NCBI GenBank assembly: GCA_964628455.1
Contig: CAZVPD010000002.1
Span: 1-47,870 of the forward strand
Length of the DNA stretch: 47,870 nt
Direction: 5' to 3'
DNA from: an uncultured Lachnospiraceae bacterium
Lineage (GTDB): Bacteria > Bacillota > Clostridia > Oscillospirales > CAG-272
Positions within the stretch are counted from its first letter, which is position 1, and every line of letters begins with the position of its first letter. Position numbers and translations under genes: made by a program. Positions 1 to 9,173 of this stretch are shown piece after piece. A model generated the notes under the pieces. It was given only the letters and a program-made list of their open reading frames with translations. It searched no databases and was not told the DNA's origin.

Positions 1-393
1 CATTAAATTGCGTACTTCATCCCATAAAGCATTGTAATCCGCGACAGCCGCGTCGTGTTCGATCCGGTCGATGAACGAAGTATCGCCGACGACTGTGTCT
101 GAAGAAGGATATTTATCGGGGAATCTGCTCTTCATGAGCATCATAAACGCGTAATTGATGATCCCGATAAATTCCGCGTCGCGCCCCTCGTCAACGGCCG
201 GCATACCGTCTGTCTGTTCCAGTGTCCGTATGCGCCTGATTTTTATCCAGAGCTGATCAGCCATTGAAACATCGCGGAAAAGGAGCCAGACGGCGCCGTA
301 ATCCTTCAGTTTACAGGAAAAAATAGTGCAGCACTCGGACTGTATATCCGCAACGAGCTTTTCAAAACCCGAAGCGCCGTTATTATAAAGCAT
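1..393 (-). CDS. DUF1599-like protein, N-terminal 131 codons (gene continues past window start)
   Basis: Open minus-strand frame from ATG (393-391) with GGAGGATG just upstream (rc of 401-408). My translation is MLYNNGASGFEKLVADIQSECC..KDYGAVW..ADQLWIKIRRIRTLE..EFIGIINYAFMMLM, which recalls the DUF1599 pattern (DYG..W, K..RI, INY). No stop before position 1, so it is absent from the ORF track. Confidence 0.45.
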   Translation of the reverse strand, partial: MLYNNGASGFEKLVADIQSECCTIFSCKLKDYGAVWLLFRDVSMADQLWIKIRRIRTLEQTDGMPAVDEGRDAEFIGIINYAFMMLMKSRFPDKYPSSDTVVGDTSFIDRIEHDAAVADYNALWDEVRNLM

Positions 394-572
394 ATCGGTT
401 CATCCTCCGTATTTCGAAATTATATCATAACTTTTCATTATTTTCAATACACACCGTTGATTTTTTTAAAAACCGTGGTATAATGTAATTTATGTATCAT
501 CTGAACCAACATAACAAAACACGGATCGCCTGTTTCATATTATATGAATTCTATGTTCAAAGGACAAACGGA

Positions 573-1928
573 ATGCGGATTGTAATCATCGGATGCGGGA
601 AAATCGGAATGACCCTGATCGAATCTCTTTCAAAAGAAGATCACGATATCACGGTTATCGATAACAGCGCCAGAGTCGTGGATAATGCGGTGAACACCTA
701 TGACGTGATAGGCGTCAGGGGAAACGGAGCCAATTACGGCATACAGATCGAAGCGGGAGTGAACCGGGCGGATCTCCTTGTGGCTACGACTTCCTCGGAT
801 GAAATCAACATGCTGTGCTGTCTGGTGGCAAAAAAAGCAGGCGCAAAAAACACCATCGCACGTATCAGGGACCCCGAATATTCTCAGCAGTTTGTCTTTA
901 TGCTGGATGAAATGGGTCTTGATATGGTGGTAAACCCCGAATATGAAGCGGCGAATGAAATATCACGCATTCTGCGTTTTCCCTCTGCGATAAAAACCGA
1001 AACCTTTTCAAAGGGAAGGGTCGACCTTGCCGAACTGATCATAACACCCGAAAATCTGCTGAACGGAAAAAAATTATCGGAATTAAACCGCTTGTTTCAT
1101 ATAAAGATCATCGTCTGTGCCATACAGCGTGAGGACGAAGTGATCATACCGGCAGGCGATTTTATGCTGAAAGCCGGGGACAGGATCCATTTTACCGCTT
1201 CCCATCATGAGCTTGCCGCTTTTTTTAAAGCCATCGGCGCTTACCAGCACAAGCTGCGCAATGTCATCATCATCGGCGGAAGCCGTATAGCGGTTTATCT
1301 CGCAAAGAATCTGCTTGAAGCAGGTATGTCCGTAAAAATCGTCGAGATAGATGAGGAACGCTGCCTTGAACTGAGCGAACTGCTCCCGAATGTCAAGATC
1401 ATCGCGGGAGACGGCAGCGATCAGTCTGTTCTGATGGAGGAAAACATAAAAAGCGCCGACGCCTGCGTAGCCATAACGGGCATGGATGAAGAGAATATTA
1501 TTATTTCATTGTATGCAAAAAGCAATCACGTAAGCAAGGTCATCACGAAAGTCAACAGGTCCTCGCTGATCAGTATGCTCGGTGATATCGGACTTGACAG
1601 TATTATTTCCCCGAAACAGATAACGTCCACCCGCATTCTGCGTTATGTTCGCGCCATGCAGAATTCAAAGGGTTCAAGCGTGCAGACCCTTTACCGTCTT
1701 GTCAACAATCGGGTTGAAGCCCTTGAATTCTATGTTTCGAACAACAGCACCGTCACCGGCATTAAACTGCGCGATTTAAAACTAAAACCGAATCTGCTGA
1801 TATCGACGGTTATCAGACAGAACAGGATCATTTTTCCGGACGGAAACGACTGCATCGAAAACGGAGATAATGTCATTGTTGTAACGGCAAACGAAAGGCT
1901 TCGTGACTTAAACGATATTTTAAAATAA
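573..1928 (+). CDS. trkA: Trk K+ uptake system NAD-binding subunit TrkA (tandem RCK)
   Basis: ORF 492..1928. I prefer ATG 573, because MRIVIIGCGKIGMTL puts the Rossmann GxGxxG at the N-terminus. A second Rossmann motif, IIIGGSRIAVYLAKNL, lies mid-protein. The stop abuts the trkH start (TAAATG). Confidence 0.9.
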   Translation: MRIVIIGCGKIGMTLIESLSKEDHDITVIDNSARVVDNAVNTYDVIGVRGNGANYGIQIEAGVNRADLLVATTSSDEINMLCCLVAKKAGAKNTIARIRDPEYSQQFVFMLDEMGLDMVVNPEYEAANEISRILRFPSAIKTETFSKGRVDLAELIITPENLLNGKKLSELNRLFHIKIIVCAIQREDEVIIPAGDFMLKAGDRIHFTASHHELAAFFKAIGAYQHKLRNVIIIGGSRIAVYLAKNLLEAGMSVKIVEIDEERCLELSELLPNVKIIAGDGSDQSVLMEENIKSADACVAITGMDEENIIISLYAKSNHVSKVITKVNRSSLISMLGDIGLDSIISPKQITSTRILRYVRAMQNSKGSSVQTLYRLVNNRVEALEFYVSNNSTVTGIKLRDLKLKPNLLISTVIRQNRIIFPDGNDCIENGDNVIVVTANERLRDLNDILK

Positions 1929-3371
1929 ATGAACATTAAATTTATCCTGCCCGTGATCGGCAGAATCATCCTTGTCCAGGCTGCGCTGCTCCTTTTGCCG
2001 CTGATGATAGCCGTTGTTTACGGGGAAGCGACCGTAAGCGCTTTTATCCTGACGATCGCCGTGATGACGGTTTTCGGTTTTGCGTGCAGCTTTGTCAGAC
2101 CCGATAACAAAGTGATCTACGCGCGGGACGGCATTGTGATCGTCGGGCTGGCGTGGATTTTCGTTAGCCTTTCCGGCGCGCTCCCGATGTGGCTTTCCGG
2201 GGAAATACCCTCTTACGTCGACAGCTTGTTCGAGATCGTGTCGGGTTTTACGACCACGGGCGCTTCGATCCTGACCGATGTCGAAGTCATATCCTTGAGC
2301 AGTCTTTTCTGGCGCAGTTTCTCGCACTGGATCGGCGGTATGGGCGTTCTCGTATTCGTCCTCGCGATCCTCCCGCAGTCCGAGTCTCATTCCGTCTATC
2401 TGCTGCGTGCGGAAATGCCCGGACCCGTCGTGGATAAGCTTGTCTCAAAAACCAAGCTCACCGCACGCATTTTGTATGCCATCTATATTTGTATGACCGT
2501 AACGGAAATCGTGCTGCTGATGTTTGGCGGTATGTCCCTGTTTGAAAGCGCGGTGCATGCGTTCGGGACAGCGGGGACAGGAGGGTTTTCGGTTAAAAAC
2601 GCGAGCATCGGGTTTTATGACAGCGCTTATATAGACGGGGTCATATCGGCTTTCATGCTGCTTTTTGCGATCAATTTCAACCTGTTCTATCTTTTTATCA
2701 TCGGGAATTTTCGCCAGGCGCTTAAAAGCGAGGAACTGCGGTGGTATTTAATGATCGTTGCAGCCGCCGTACTGGCAATTTCCTTGAATATCATGCACAT
2801 GTATGAAAACTTCGGACAGGCGGTGCGTTATTCTCTGTTTCAGGTTTCTTCGGTCATATCGACAACGGGTTTTGCCACGGCCGATTTTAACCGCTGGCCC
2901 GAATTTTCCAGGACGATTCTGGTCATACTCATGTTTATCGGCGCCTGCGCCGGTTCGACGGGCGGAGGCATCAAGGTCATTCGCATTGTCGTTCTTTTTA
3001 AGACGGCATACCGTCAGATCAAGAAACTGATCTATCCGCGTTCGGTGCTGACGGTCAAGATCGAAGGAAAGATCATCAGTGAAGGCACCTCGGCGGGCAT
3101 TCATTCCTTTGTATTCGCGTATTTTATACTGGTGGCTTTTTCGATTTTGCTGTTATCTCTGGATTCGTTTGATTCCGTCACGAACTTTACCGCTGTCGCC
3201 GCCTGTATCAACAACATCGGTCCCGGACTTGGGGTCGTCGGACCGACAGGCAATTACAGCGGTTTCAGCGTTTTATCCAAAATCGTATTGATCTTTGACA
3301 TGCTTGCGGGACGTCTTGAATTGTTCCCGATCCTGGTTATATTCACACCGTCGGTCTGGCGCAGAAAATAG
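1929..3371 (+). CDS. trkH: Trk-type K+ transporter membrane subunit TrkH/KtrB family
   Basis: 480-aa polytopic membrane protein directly following trkA. Repeated pore-loop-like TTTG/GTAGTGG/STTGFA/GSTGGG motifs are typical of TrkH. Confidence 0.9.
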   Translation: MNIKFILPVIGRIILVQAALLLLPLMIAVVYGEATVSAFILTIAVMTVFGFACSFVRPDNKVIYARDGIVIVGLAWIFVSLSGALPMWLSGEIPSYVDSLFEIVSGFTTTGASILTDVEVISLSSLFWRSFSHWIGGMGVLVFVLAILPQSESHSVYLLRAEMPGPVVDKLVSKTKLTARILYAIYICMTVTEIVLLMFGGMSLFESAVHAFGTAGTGGFSVKNASIGFYDSAYIDGVISAFMLLFAINFNLFYLFIIGNFRQALKSEELRWYLMIVAAAVLAISLNIMHMYENFGQAVRYSLFQVSSVISTTGFATADFNRWPEFSRTILVILMFIGACAGSTGGGIKVIRIVVLFKTAYRQIKKLIYPRSVLTVKIEGKIISEGTSAGIHSFVFAYFILVAFSILLLSLDSFDSVTNFTAVAACINNIGPGLGVVGPTGNYSGFSVLSKIVLIFDMLAGRLELFPILVIFTPSVWRRK

Positions 3372-3395
3372 ATGCGGATTAAAATAACATAAAAC

Positions 3396-3435
3396 AAAAA
3401 AGCGGATGCCCTTTTTACGGTGCATCCGCTTTTTA
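3396..3435. terminator. Bidirectional rho-independent terminator between convergent trkH and GH36 genes
   Basis: Perfect 9-bp stem agcggatgc (3401-3409) / gcatccgct (3422-3430), flanked by an A-run on the 5' side and a T-run on the 3' side. Confidence 0.8.
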
Positions 3436-3441
3436 TTATGA

Positions 3442-5400
3442 TCAGTATTTATAAAACCAGATGATTCCCGTTCTTTTCGGGATGGTTACTGAAAATCCTT
3501 CTCTGAGTTCGTTACCGGATGCCTTAAAACATTCGCCCGATTCCGGATTTTCGAATTCGTATGCATTGCCGCAGAAAAACGGGTTCAGGACGATCTTGTC
3601 TTCGGCAACGGCCACATTACGGATTGCCTGAATGAATCCGATTTGCCTGACCGGGTCGTTAAACTGCATGGCATACCATTCGGCGGGGTTTTTATTGCAT
3701 TCGGTAAGGGGATAATAATCGCCTTTGAGCATGATGTCAGCGGCGCGCCTCCATATCGGATCAAAACGTCTGCCTGTCTCGAAACGTTCTTCGGTGTCGT
3801 CGTGCTCGATCATGGATGTAACGGCGGGGGTCAGCGCACAGTGATACGCAAACAGATCGACGGGCTTTCCTCCGTTTTCGTATCCGCCTTCTCCGTTATC
3901 CCAGTTCATCGTGTGCGCGCGGAAATACGGGATCCATTCGAACATCATTCGGTGCTGCTTCTGTTTGACCGGGTGGTTGCCGTAACCGACGTCGGTATAA
4001 TGAAGCGGTACGGCACGCCGCAGTGTTTCCATCTCGTTTCGCCTGCCGCCCGAAGCGCAGGAATCGATCCACAGATTGGGATTGCGGAACATCAGTTCGT
4101 CCCAGTAACGCAGGTATCCCTGTACATGCGCGTTTTCCATGGCGCCTATGCGGTCGGACGCTTCATTTGCCTCCCAGATCGGGAGTGGGGCAAAGTTAAA
4201 GTCCTGACGGTAAATGCGCACATGGTATCTCTTGATCAGGCGGTCGACACGGTCCGTGATCCACGCGCAGCATTCGGGATTTCCGAGGTCGAGAAGCCGG
4301 TCACCGCCGTCGTTTTCACCGCGTCGGAGAGCCCATTCCGGATGATCCAGATCCAGTTCCGTTCCTTTTCTGATGCGTTCCGGTTCGAACCATAAGAGCA
4401 GCTGTATATCGTTTTCGTCGCACTTCTGCCCGACAGGGTCCAGCCCGCGGGGGAAATGTTTCTCGTTATGAGTCCATGTTCCCGTATGAGGCCAGTCAAA
4501 ATCACAGGGATACCAGCCGGCGTCGATCCACCAGATGTCGGGTTTGTATCCCGCGCTGATGTAGTCATCGATCCCGGATATTTGGTTTGCTTCTGTAGCA
4601 CCGGTAAATTCCGGCTTCCCGTCTACCATCCAGGTGTGCAGACACAGTTTGGGCGGCAGGGGCTGCCCGTATTCACGGGGGAGAATGTGCTTGATATACC
4701 ATCTGCGCCACATATTGCGCCCGCGGTCTTCGCCTCCTGTGAATCCCATAAAATCAATACGCGGGGTTCTGATCGTTTCACCCGGTCTGAGAACCATATG
4801 CGTGCGTTTTTGACCGGCAAAAAAACGAACGCCGTGCTCCGCCGGAGCGACACCCGCTTCCCACATGGCAGGCCAGCCGATGCCTATATTGATTCCGTAT
4901 TCGGCGAAAGTCAGGCGCATAAAGGGAGAGGCGCCATTGCAGGGTGTTCCGTCGACGGGGAACAGCGATTTCGGTGCGGTCACGGGTTCGGTCGTAAATT
5001 CATAACCGGATGTCTGGCAGTTGTCCCCGTTGCCGCAGGTAAAGAACGCGTCCGTTCCGTAAAAGACATCGTCGATGATTTTGATATCCGACAGCATCGC
5101 TGAATTTTCGGCCGAGGTGTTGGTAAAATACGCGATCCACTCGGTAACGGGGAAATCCCTGTATTCGGTATATTCGGCCCGGATCTCAAGTCCCGCGGTA
5201 TTGCGTCCCGTTATCACGGTTCTTGTGATGTTTGCGTCGATAAATTCCCGAGCGGAACCGGGATGAAAATCCGCAGGAATGCCGTGGATTTGAAGACCGC
5301 CGTATTTAAAGCTCAGCGGCATACAGCCCGGGTATGAATACGGAAGCAATTTCGTTATAAGCGCCATGTCTTTTTTACCGACAGCATTAAAATCAGACAT
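3442..5400 (-). CDS. Glycoside hydrolase, GH36-like (clan GH-D alpha-galactosidase family), cytoplasmic
   Basis: 652 aa with no signal peptide. Motifs: WWIDAGWY, LLLWFEPERI, IYRQDFN (matches the GH36 nucleophile block K-W-D-x-N), DSCASGGRR (matches C-x-S-G-G-x-R) and PLHYTD (acid/base block W-x-S-D-like). Confidence 0.7.
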   Translation of the reverse strand: MSDFNAVGKKDMALITKLLPYSYPGCMPLSFKYGGLQIHGIPADFHPGSAREFIDANITRTVITGRNTAGLEIRAEYTEYRDFPVTEWIAYFTNTSAENSAMLSDIKIIDDVFYGTDAFFTCGNGDNCQTSGYEFTTEPVTAPKSLFPVDGTPCNGASPFMRLTFAEYGINIGIGWPAMWEAGVAPAEHGVRFFAGQKRTHMVLRPGETIRTPRIDFMGFTGGEDRGRNMWRRWYIKHILPREYGQPLPPKLCLHTWMVDGKPEFTGATEANQISGIDDYISAGYKPDIWWIDAGWYPCDFDWPHTGTWTHNEKHFPRGLDPVGQKCDENDIQLLLWFEPERIRKGTELDLDHPEWALRRGENDGGDRLLDLGNPECCAWITDRVDRLIKRYHVRIYRQDFNFAPLPIWEANEASDRIGAMENAHVQGYLRYWDELMFRNPNLWIDSCASGGRRNEMETLRRAVPLHYTDVGYGNHPVKQKQHRMMFEWIPYFRAHTMNWDNGEGGYENGGKPVDLFAYHCALTPAVTSMIEHDDTEERFETGRRFDPIWRRAADIMLKGDYYPLTECNKNPAEWYAMQFNDPVRQIGFIQAIRNVAVAEDKIVLNPFFCGNAYEFENPESGECFKASGNELREGFSVTIPKRTGIIWFYKY

Positions 5401-5438
5401 TACGATTACCGCCTTTTTAATGAATTTGGTTCTACTGC

Positions 5439-5467
5439 ATTATAGCACAGGTTTATTATTTTTACAA
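5439..5467 (-). promoter_or_regulatory. Sigma-A type promoter for the GH36-like gene
   Basis: Minus strand reads TTGTAA (rc of 5462-5467), a 17-nt spacer, then TGcTATAAT (rc of 5439-5447). Confidence 0.55.
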
Positions 5468-5480
5468 TATAAAAAAAGAA

Positions 5481-5509
5481 TTGACAACAGGATAAATACA
5501 TGTTATTAT
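5481..5509 (+). promoter_or_regulatory. Sigma-A type promoter for the FG-GAP/GH4/oxidoreductase operon
   Basis: TTGACA (5481-5486), a 17-nt spacer, then TGtTATTAT (5501-5509), about 25 nt upstream of the GGAGG RBS. Confidence 0.65.
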
Positions 5510-5533
5510 CAAAGAAAAACGGAGGTGCGTCTC

Positions 5534-6571
5534 ATGGTTCGGTTTAAAAAGACATTGATTGACAGCGGTACATACGAAGCCGCGTCGGTTTTCGATGTGG
5601 ACGGCGACGGCATTAAAGACATTGTATGCGGAGCTTACTGGTATAAGGGCCCCGACTACAAAGAGAAATACTTTATCTGCGAGGTGAAGCCCGAAGGTGA
5701 ATATTTCGACGATTTCTCCGATTATCCTCTGGATATAAACGGCGACGGCAAGCCCGATATCGTTACGGGCGGCTGGTGGGGCCAGCGTATAAAATGGCGT
5801 GAAAACAACGGCAGGGATCTCTGGAAAGTTCACGAGCTCGACTTATGCGGTTGTATAGAAACGATTCGTTTTTATGACCTTGACAACTGCGGCACGGTTG
5901 AAGTTGTGCCGAACACACCGGGCGAACCGCAGTGCTTTTATAAACTGGAAAAAAACGATCTGATAAAATATGTCATAGGCGATGCTCCGTCCGGTCACGG
6001 TATGGGCGCGGGAGATATCGACGGCGACGGCAGGCTTGAAATCCTGCTTTCAAACGGTTATCTCAGGCAGAAGGGCAGTCCGTATGAAAAATGGGAGTTT
6101 ATTCCCGCTTACAGCTGCGGCTGCGCGGCAAGCGTGCCGATTCTCGCATATGATGTCAACGGCGACGGCCTTTGCGATATCATTTACGGGAACGGACACG
6201 GATACGGCCTATACTGGCTTGAACAAAAACCGGGCGGCAGTTTTGACCGGCATGTCATAGACGGTGCGGCTGCGCAGTATCACGACCTTTGGCTGGTCGA
6301 TATCGACGGAGACGGCGAGCCGGAACTTGTCACAGGCAAGCGCTACCGCGCGCATTGCGGAAACGACTTCGGAGACAACGACCCTGTGGGCTTATATTAC
6401 TATAAAATAGTCAGATCGACATTTGTCAGGCATGTGATCGATTTCGGCGACCCCGGAATCGCTTCGGGTGCGGGCATCTATATGTGGATCGAGGATATCG
6501 GCGGCAGCGGAAGACCGGATATCGTGGCGCCCGGAAAAGAGGGCCTTTATTTGTTCGAGAATCTGGGCTGA
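5534..6571 (+). CDS. FG-GAP/VCBS repeat beta-propeller protein, cytoplasmic, function unknown
   Basis: ORF 5366..6571. ATG 5534 is preferred because GGAGGTG lies 7 nt upstream. 345 aa. Five D-x-[DN]-G-D-G loops (DVDGDG, DINGDG, DIDGDG, DVNGDG, DIDGDG) plus a degenerate DIGGSG. No hydrophobic N-terminus. Confidence 0.75.
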   Translation: MVRFKKTLIDSGTYEAASVFDVDGDGIKDIVCGAYWYKGPDYKEKYFICEVKPEGEYFDDFSDYPLDINGDGKPDIVTGGWWGQRIKWRENNGRDLWKVHELDLCGCIETIRFYDLDNCGTVEVVPNTPGEPQCFYKLEKNDLIKYVIGDAPSGHGMGAGDIDGDGRLEILLSNGYLRQKGSPYEKWEFIPAYSCGCAASVPILAYDVNGDGLCDIIYGNGHGYGLYWLEQKPGGSFDRHVIDGAAAQYHDLWLVDIDGDGEPELVTGKRYRAHCGNDFGDNDPVGLYYYKIVRSTFVRHVIDFGDPGIASGAGIYMWIEDIGGSGRPDIVAPGKEGLYLFENLG

Positions 6572-6617
6572 CGGATATAAACCGTTAAGATAAAACAAGC
6601 GGAGAAGGGAATAGGAT

Positions 6618-8021
6618 ATGAAAATTGCAATAATAGGCGCCGGAAGCATCGTATTCTGCAAAACTTTAATGCTGGATATCATGAATATCAGGGAACTCGG
6701 GCATGTCAGCTTCGCTCTGATGGCGCCTTCAACCAATCGCACGGGTCATGTCAAGGCATTTGCCGACCGCGTCATCGCCGCGAATCATTGCGATGCCGAT
6801 GTTTATGTCACTACCGACCGCCGTGACGCCCTCAGCGGTGCCGATTATGTCATCTGCACGCTTCAGATCGGCGGACTTACGGCATATGAGCATGATATCA
6901 GGATCCCGTTGAAATACGGCGTGGACCAGTGTATCGGTGATACGCTCGGACCCGGCGGAATATTCCGCGCGCTGCGCTCGATCCCCGTTATGAGGGAACT
7001 TGCGGCGGATATGCGCGAACTGTGTCCTGACGCGCTTTTGCTGAACTATGTGAATCCGATGGCTATGATCTGCTGGGCGCTTGCCGATACGGGTATCCGG
7101 TATGTGGGGCTCTGCCACGGAGTGCAGACGACACTGGACCTTATTTCCGGGTACACGGAGGTGCCCAAACGCGAAATCGTTTATGAATGCGCCGGCATCA
7201 ATCATATGGGCTGGTTTTTAAAGCTGGAACACAAAAAAAAGGACCTGTATCCGCTTCTCCGGGAACGCTTCGAACAACCCGAATATTACGCCAATGAAAA
7301 GGTCCGCGGGGAGGTTTTGCGTCACTTCGGTTATTTTATGACCGAATCTACAGGACATCTGTCCGAATATCTGCCGTATTTCCGAAAAAACAAACTCGGG
7401 CTTGATTTATACTGCGATGAACCGGATTTCGGGGGAGAAACCGGCGCCTATCTGAAATGGTGCACCGTTATCGGCAATAAATATAAAGGCGCCGACATCC
7501 TTGCAGGCGAAAAAACCGGTTTGCCCGAAAGAAGCGTCGAATATGGGTCCTATATCATCGAAGCAATAGAAATGAACAGGATGTTCCGTTTTAACGGCAA
7601 TCTGCGCAACAACGGGATGATCACGAACCTGCCCGATGACTGCTGCGCCGAAATGACCGTTTTTGCCGACGGGTCGGGCCTTCACAGGACTTATGTCGGC
7701 GAAATTCCCCCTCAGTGCGCCGCTCTGAATATGACCAACATCAATGTTCAGAGGCTTGCGGTCCTTGCAGCCCTGAGCGGAGACCCGGAGACAGCCGTTC
7801 AGGCATGCGCGTCCGACCCGCTGACTTCAGCCAAACTGACGCTGAGGGAGATCCGCGAAATGACCTCCGAAATGCTGACTGCCGAATCCGAGTGGCTCCC
7901 TCAGTTTAAAGGACGGCTTCCCGAAGCGAAACCGGTCATTTTTATTCCCGCGGATTTGAAACGCGCAAAAGTACCGGTTGATCCTGCTCTCGCAATAAAT
8001 GCCCGTTTCGGGCAGCTTTAA
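6618..8021 (+). CDS. GH4 family NAD+/Mn2+-dependent glycosidase (alpha-galactosidase/alpha-glucosidase/alpha-glucuronidase type)
   Basis: 467 aa. Has the N-terminal MKIAIIGAGSIVF Rossmann plus NYVNPM, GLCHG and GINHMGW blocks characteristic of GH4. Confidence 0.8.
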   Translation: MKIAIIGAGSIVFCKTLMLDIMNIRELGHVSFALMAPSTNRTGHVKAFADRVIAANHCDADVYVTTDRRDALSGADYVICTLQIGGLTAYEHDIRIPLKYGVDQCIGDTLGPGGIFRALRSIPVMRELAADMRELCPDALLLNYVNPMAMICWALADTGIRYVGLCHGVQTTLDLISGYTEVPKREIVYECAGINHMGWFLKLEHKKKDLYPLLRERFEQPEYYANEKVRGEVLRHFGYFMTESTGHLSEYLPYFRKNKLGLDLYCDEPDFGGETGAYLKWCTVIGNKYKGADILAGEKTGLPERSVEYGSYIIEAIEMNRMFRFNGNLRNNGMITNLPDDCCAEMTVFADGSGLHRTYVGEIPPQCAALNMTNINVQRLAVLAALSGDPETAVQACASDPLTSAKLTLREIREMTSEMLTAESEWLPQFKGRLPEAKPVIFIPADLKRAKVPVDPALAINARFGQL

Positions 8022-8053
8022 ATTATACCGGAAGTTTTAAAAGGGGTGAGGTT

Positions 8054-9103
8054 ATGGTAAAAATCGTATTTTTCGGTACGGGCGGCATGGGTCAGATGGC
8101 ACATTTGAAAAATTATGCCGTATTGCCCGATGTAAAGGTTGTCGCTTTGATCGAAGCCAGAAAGAAAATTGCCGATGCCGTGGCGAGGCGTTACGATATT
8201 CCGAATGTATTCTATAGCATGGAAGATTTTGAACGCGCGGAAATAGAATTTGACGGCATCGTAGCGTCCCAGCAATACAGGAATATGATAACGGTCGTTC
8301 CGCTGCTCCTGAAATTCGGCAAACCGCTGTTTACGGAAAAACCGCTCGCGCTTTCTGTCGAATCGGCCGAAAAGCTTGCCTCCGAGGCAGCCGCTCATAA
8401 CACGGTGCACATGGTCGGTTACCACAAGCGCAGCGATCCCGCTATGGAATTCGGCAAGCGCCTCTCTGACGAATGGAGGATTTCGGGAGATTTCGGCAGA
8501 CTGAAATATATCCGTATAACGATGCCTGCGGGCGACTGGGTGGCAAACGGCTTTGACGGCGTGATCATGTCAGACGATCCTTACCCGTCCCAGCCGGGAG
8601 AAGGGAACGTCAGTTACTGGGAAGACAATAATATGAACGCCGAATACGACGTGTTCGTCAATTATTATATCCATCAGGTTAACGCGCTCCGGTTTATTCT
8701 GGGAGAGGATTATTCGGTCAGGTATGCGGACAGATCGCGGGTCATGTTTGCTGCCGAAAGTGTTTCAGGAATCCCGGCTGTCGTGGAAATGTCACCCTGG
8801 ACCACGACGATCGACTGGCAGGAGAGCTATCTGATCGCGTTTGACAAAGGTTGGATCCTGATCGAGCTTCCCGCGCCGCTTGCTTCAAACAAACCCGGAA
8901 AAGTAACCGTTTATGAGGACAGCGGCAGAAAACCAACGCCTGTAACATGGTCTCCTACGCTGCCGCATGTTCATGCGATGAAAAATCAGGCGCAGAATTT
9001 CGTCGATTATATCCGCGGCTGCCGATATGTCCCCTGCGATTCCCATGAGGCTGTCAAGGATCTCAGGACAGCAAAAGAATATATCGGACTGCTGCATTCA
9101 TGA
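8054..9103 (+). CDS. Gfo/Idh/MocA family NAD(P)-dependent oxidoreductase
   Basis: 349 aa. N-terminal VKIVFFGTGGMG Rossmann and the FTEKPLA (EKP) motif. Confidence 0.8.
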   Translation: MVKIVFFGTGGMGQMAHLKNYAVLPDVKVVALIEARKKIADAVARRYDIPNVFYSMEDFERAEIEFDGIVASQQYRNMITVVPLLLKFGKPLFTEKPLALSVESAEKLASEAAAHNTVHMVGYHKRSDPAMEFGKRLSDEWRISGDFGRLKYIRITMPAGDWVANGFDGVIMSDDPYPSQPGEGNVSYWEDNNMNAEYDVFVNYYIHQVNALRFILGEDYSVRYADRSRVMFAAESVSGIPAVVEMSPWTTTIDWQESYLIAFDKGWILIELPAPLASNKPGKVTVYEDSGRKPTPVTWSPTLPHVHAMKNQAQNFVDYIRGCRYVPCDSHEAVKDLRTAKEYIGLLHS

Positions 9104-9130
9104 TCTGAACATCATGGCGATTACTACAGA

Positions 9131-9166
9131 AAAGAGAACCGTGCCGTTAAGGCAGGTTCTCTTTTT
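9131..9166. terminator. Bidirectional terminator between convergent oxidoreductase and clpX genes
   Basis: Stem agagaacc (9133-9140) / ggttctct (9155-9162) with further inner pairing. An A-run lies on the 5' side and a T-run on the 3' side. Confidence 0.7.
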
Positions 9167-9173
9167 CATGGTT

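Noticed and set aside
492-572. N-terminal extensions in the ORF track (492-572 trkA; 5366-5533 FG-GAP; 19191-19214 GT4; 20648-20689 rplS; 31166-31375 SGNH; 36451-36534 CE15-like; 36907-36975 DUF1858; 45892-46050 NusG-II)
   Set aside because: Internal ATGs have proper RBSs and restore canonical N-termini. Several of the extensions would overlap promoters or the preceding gene.
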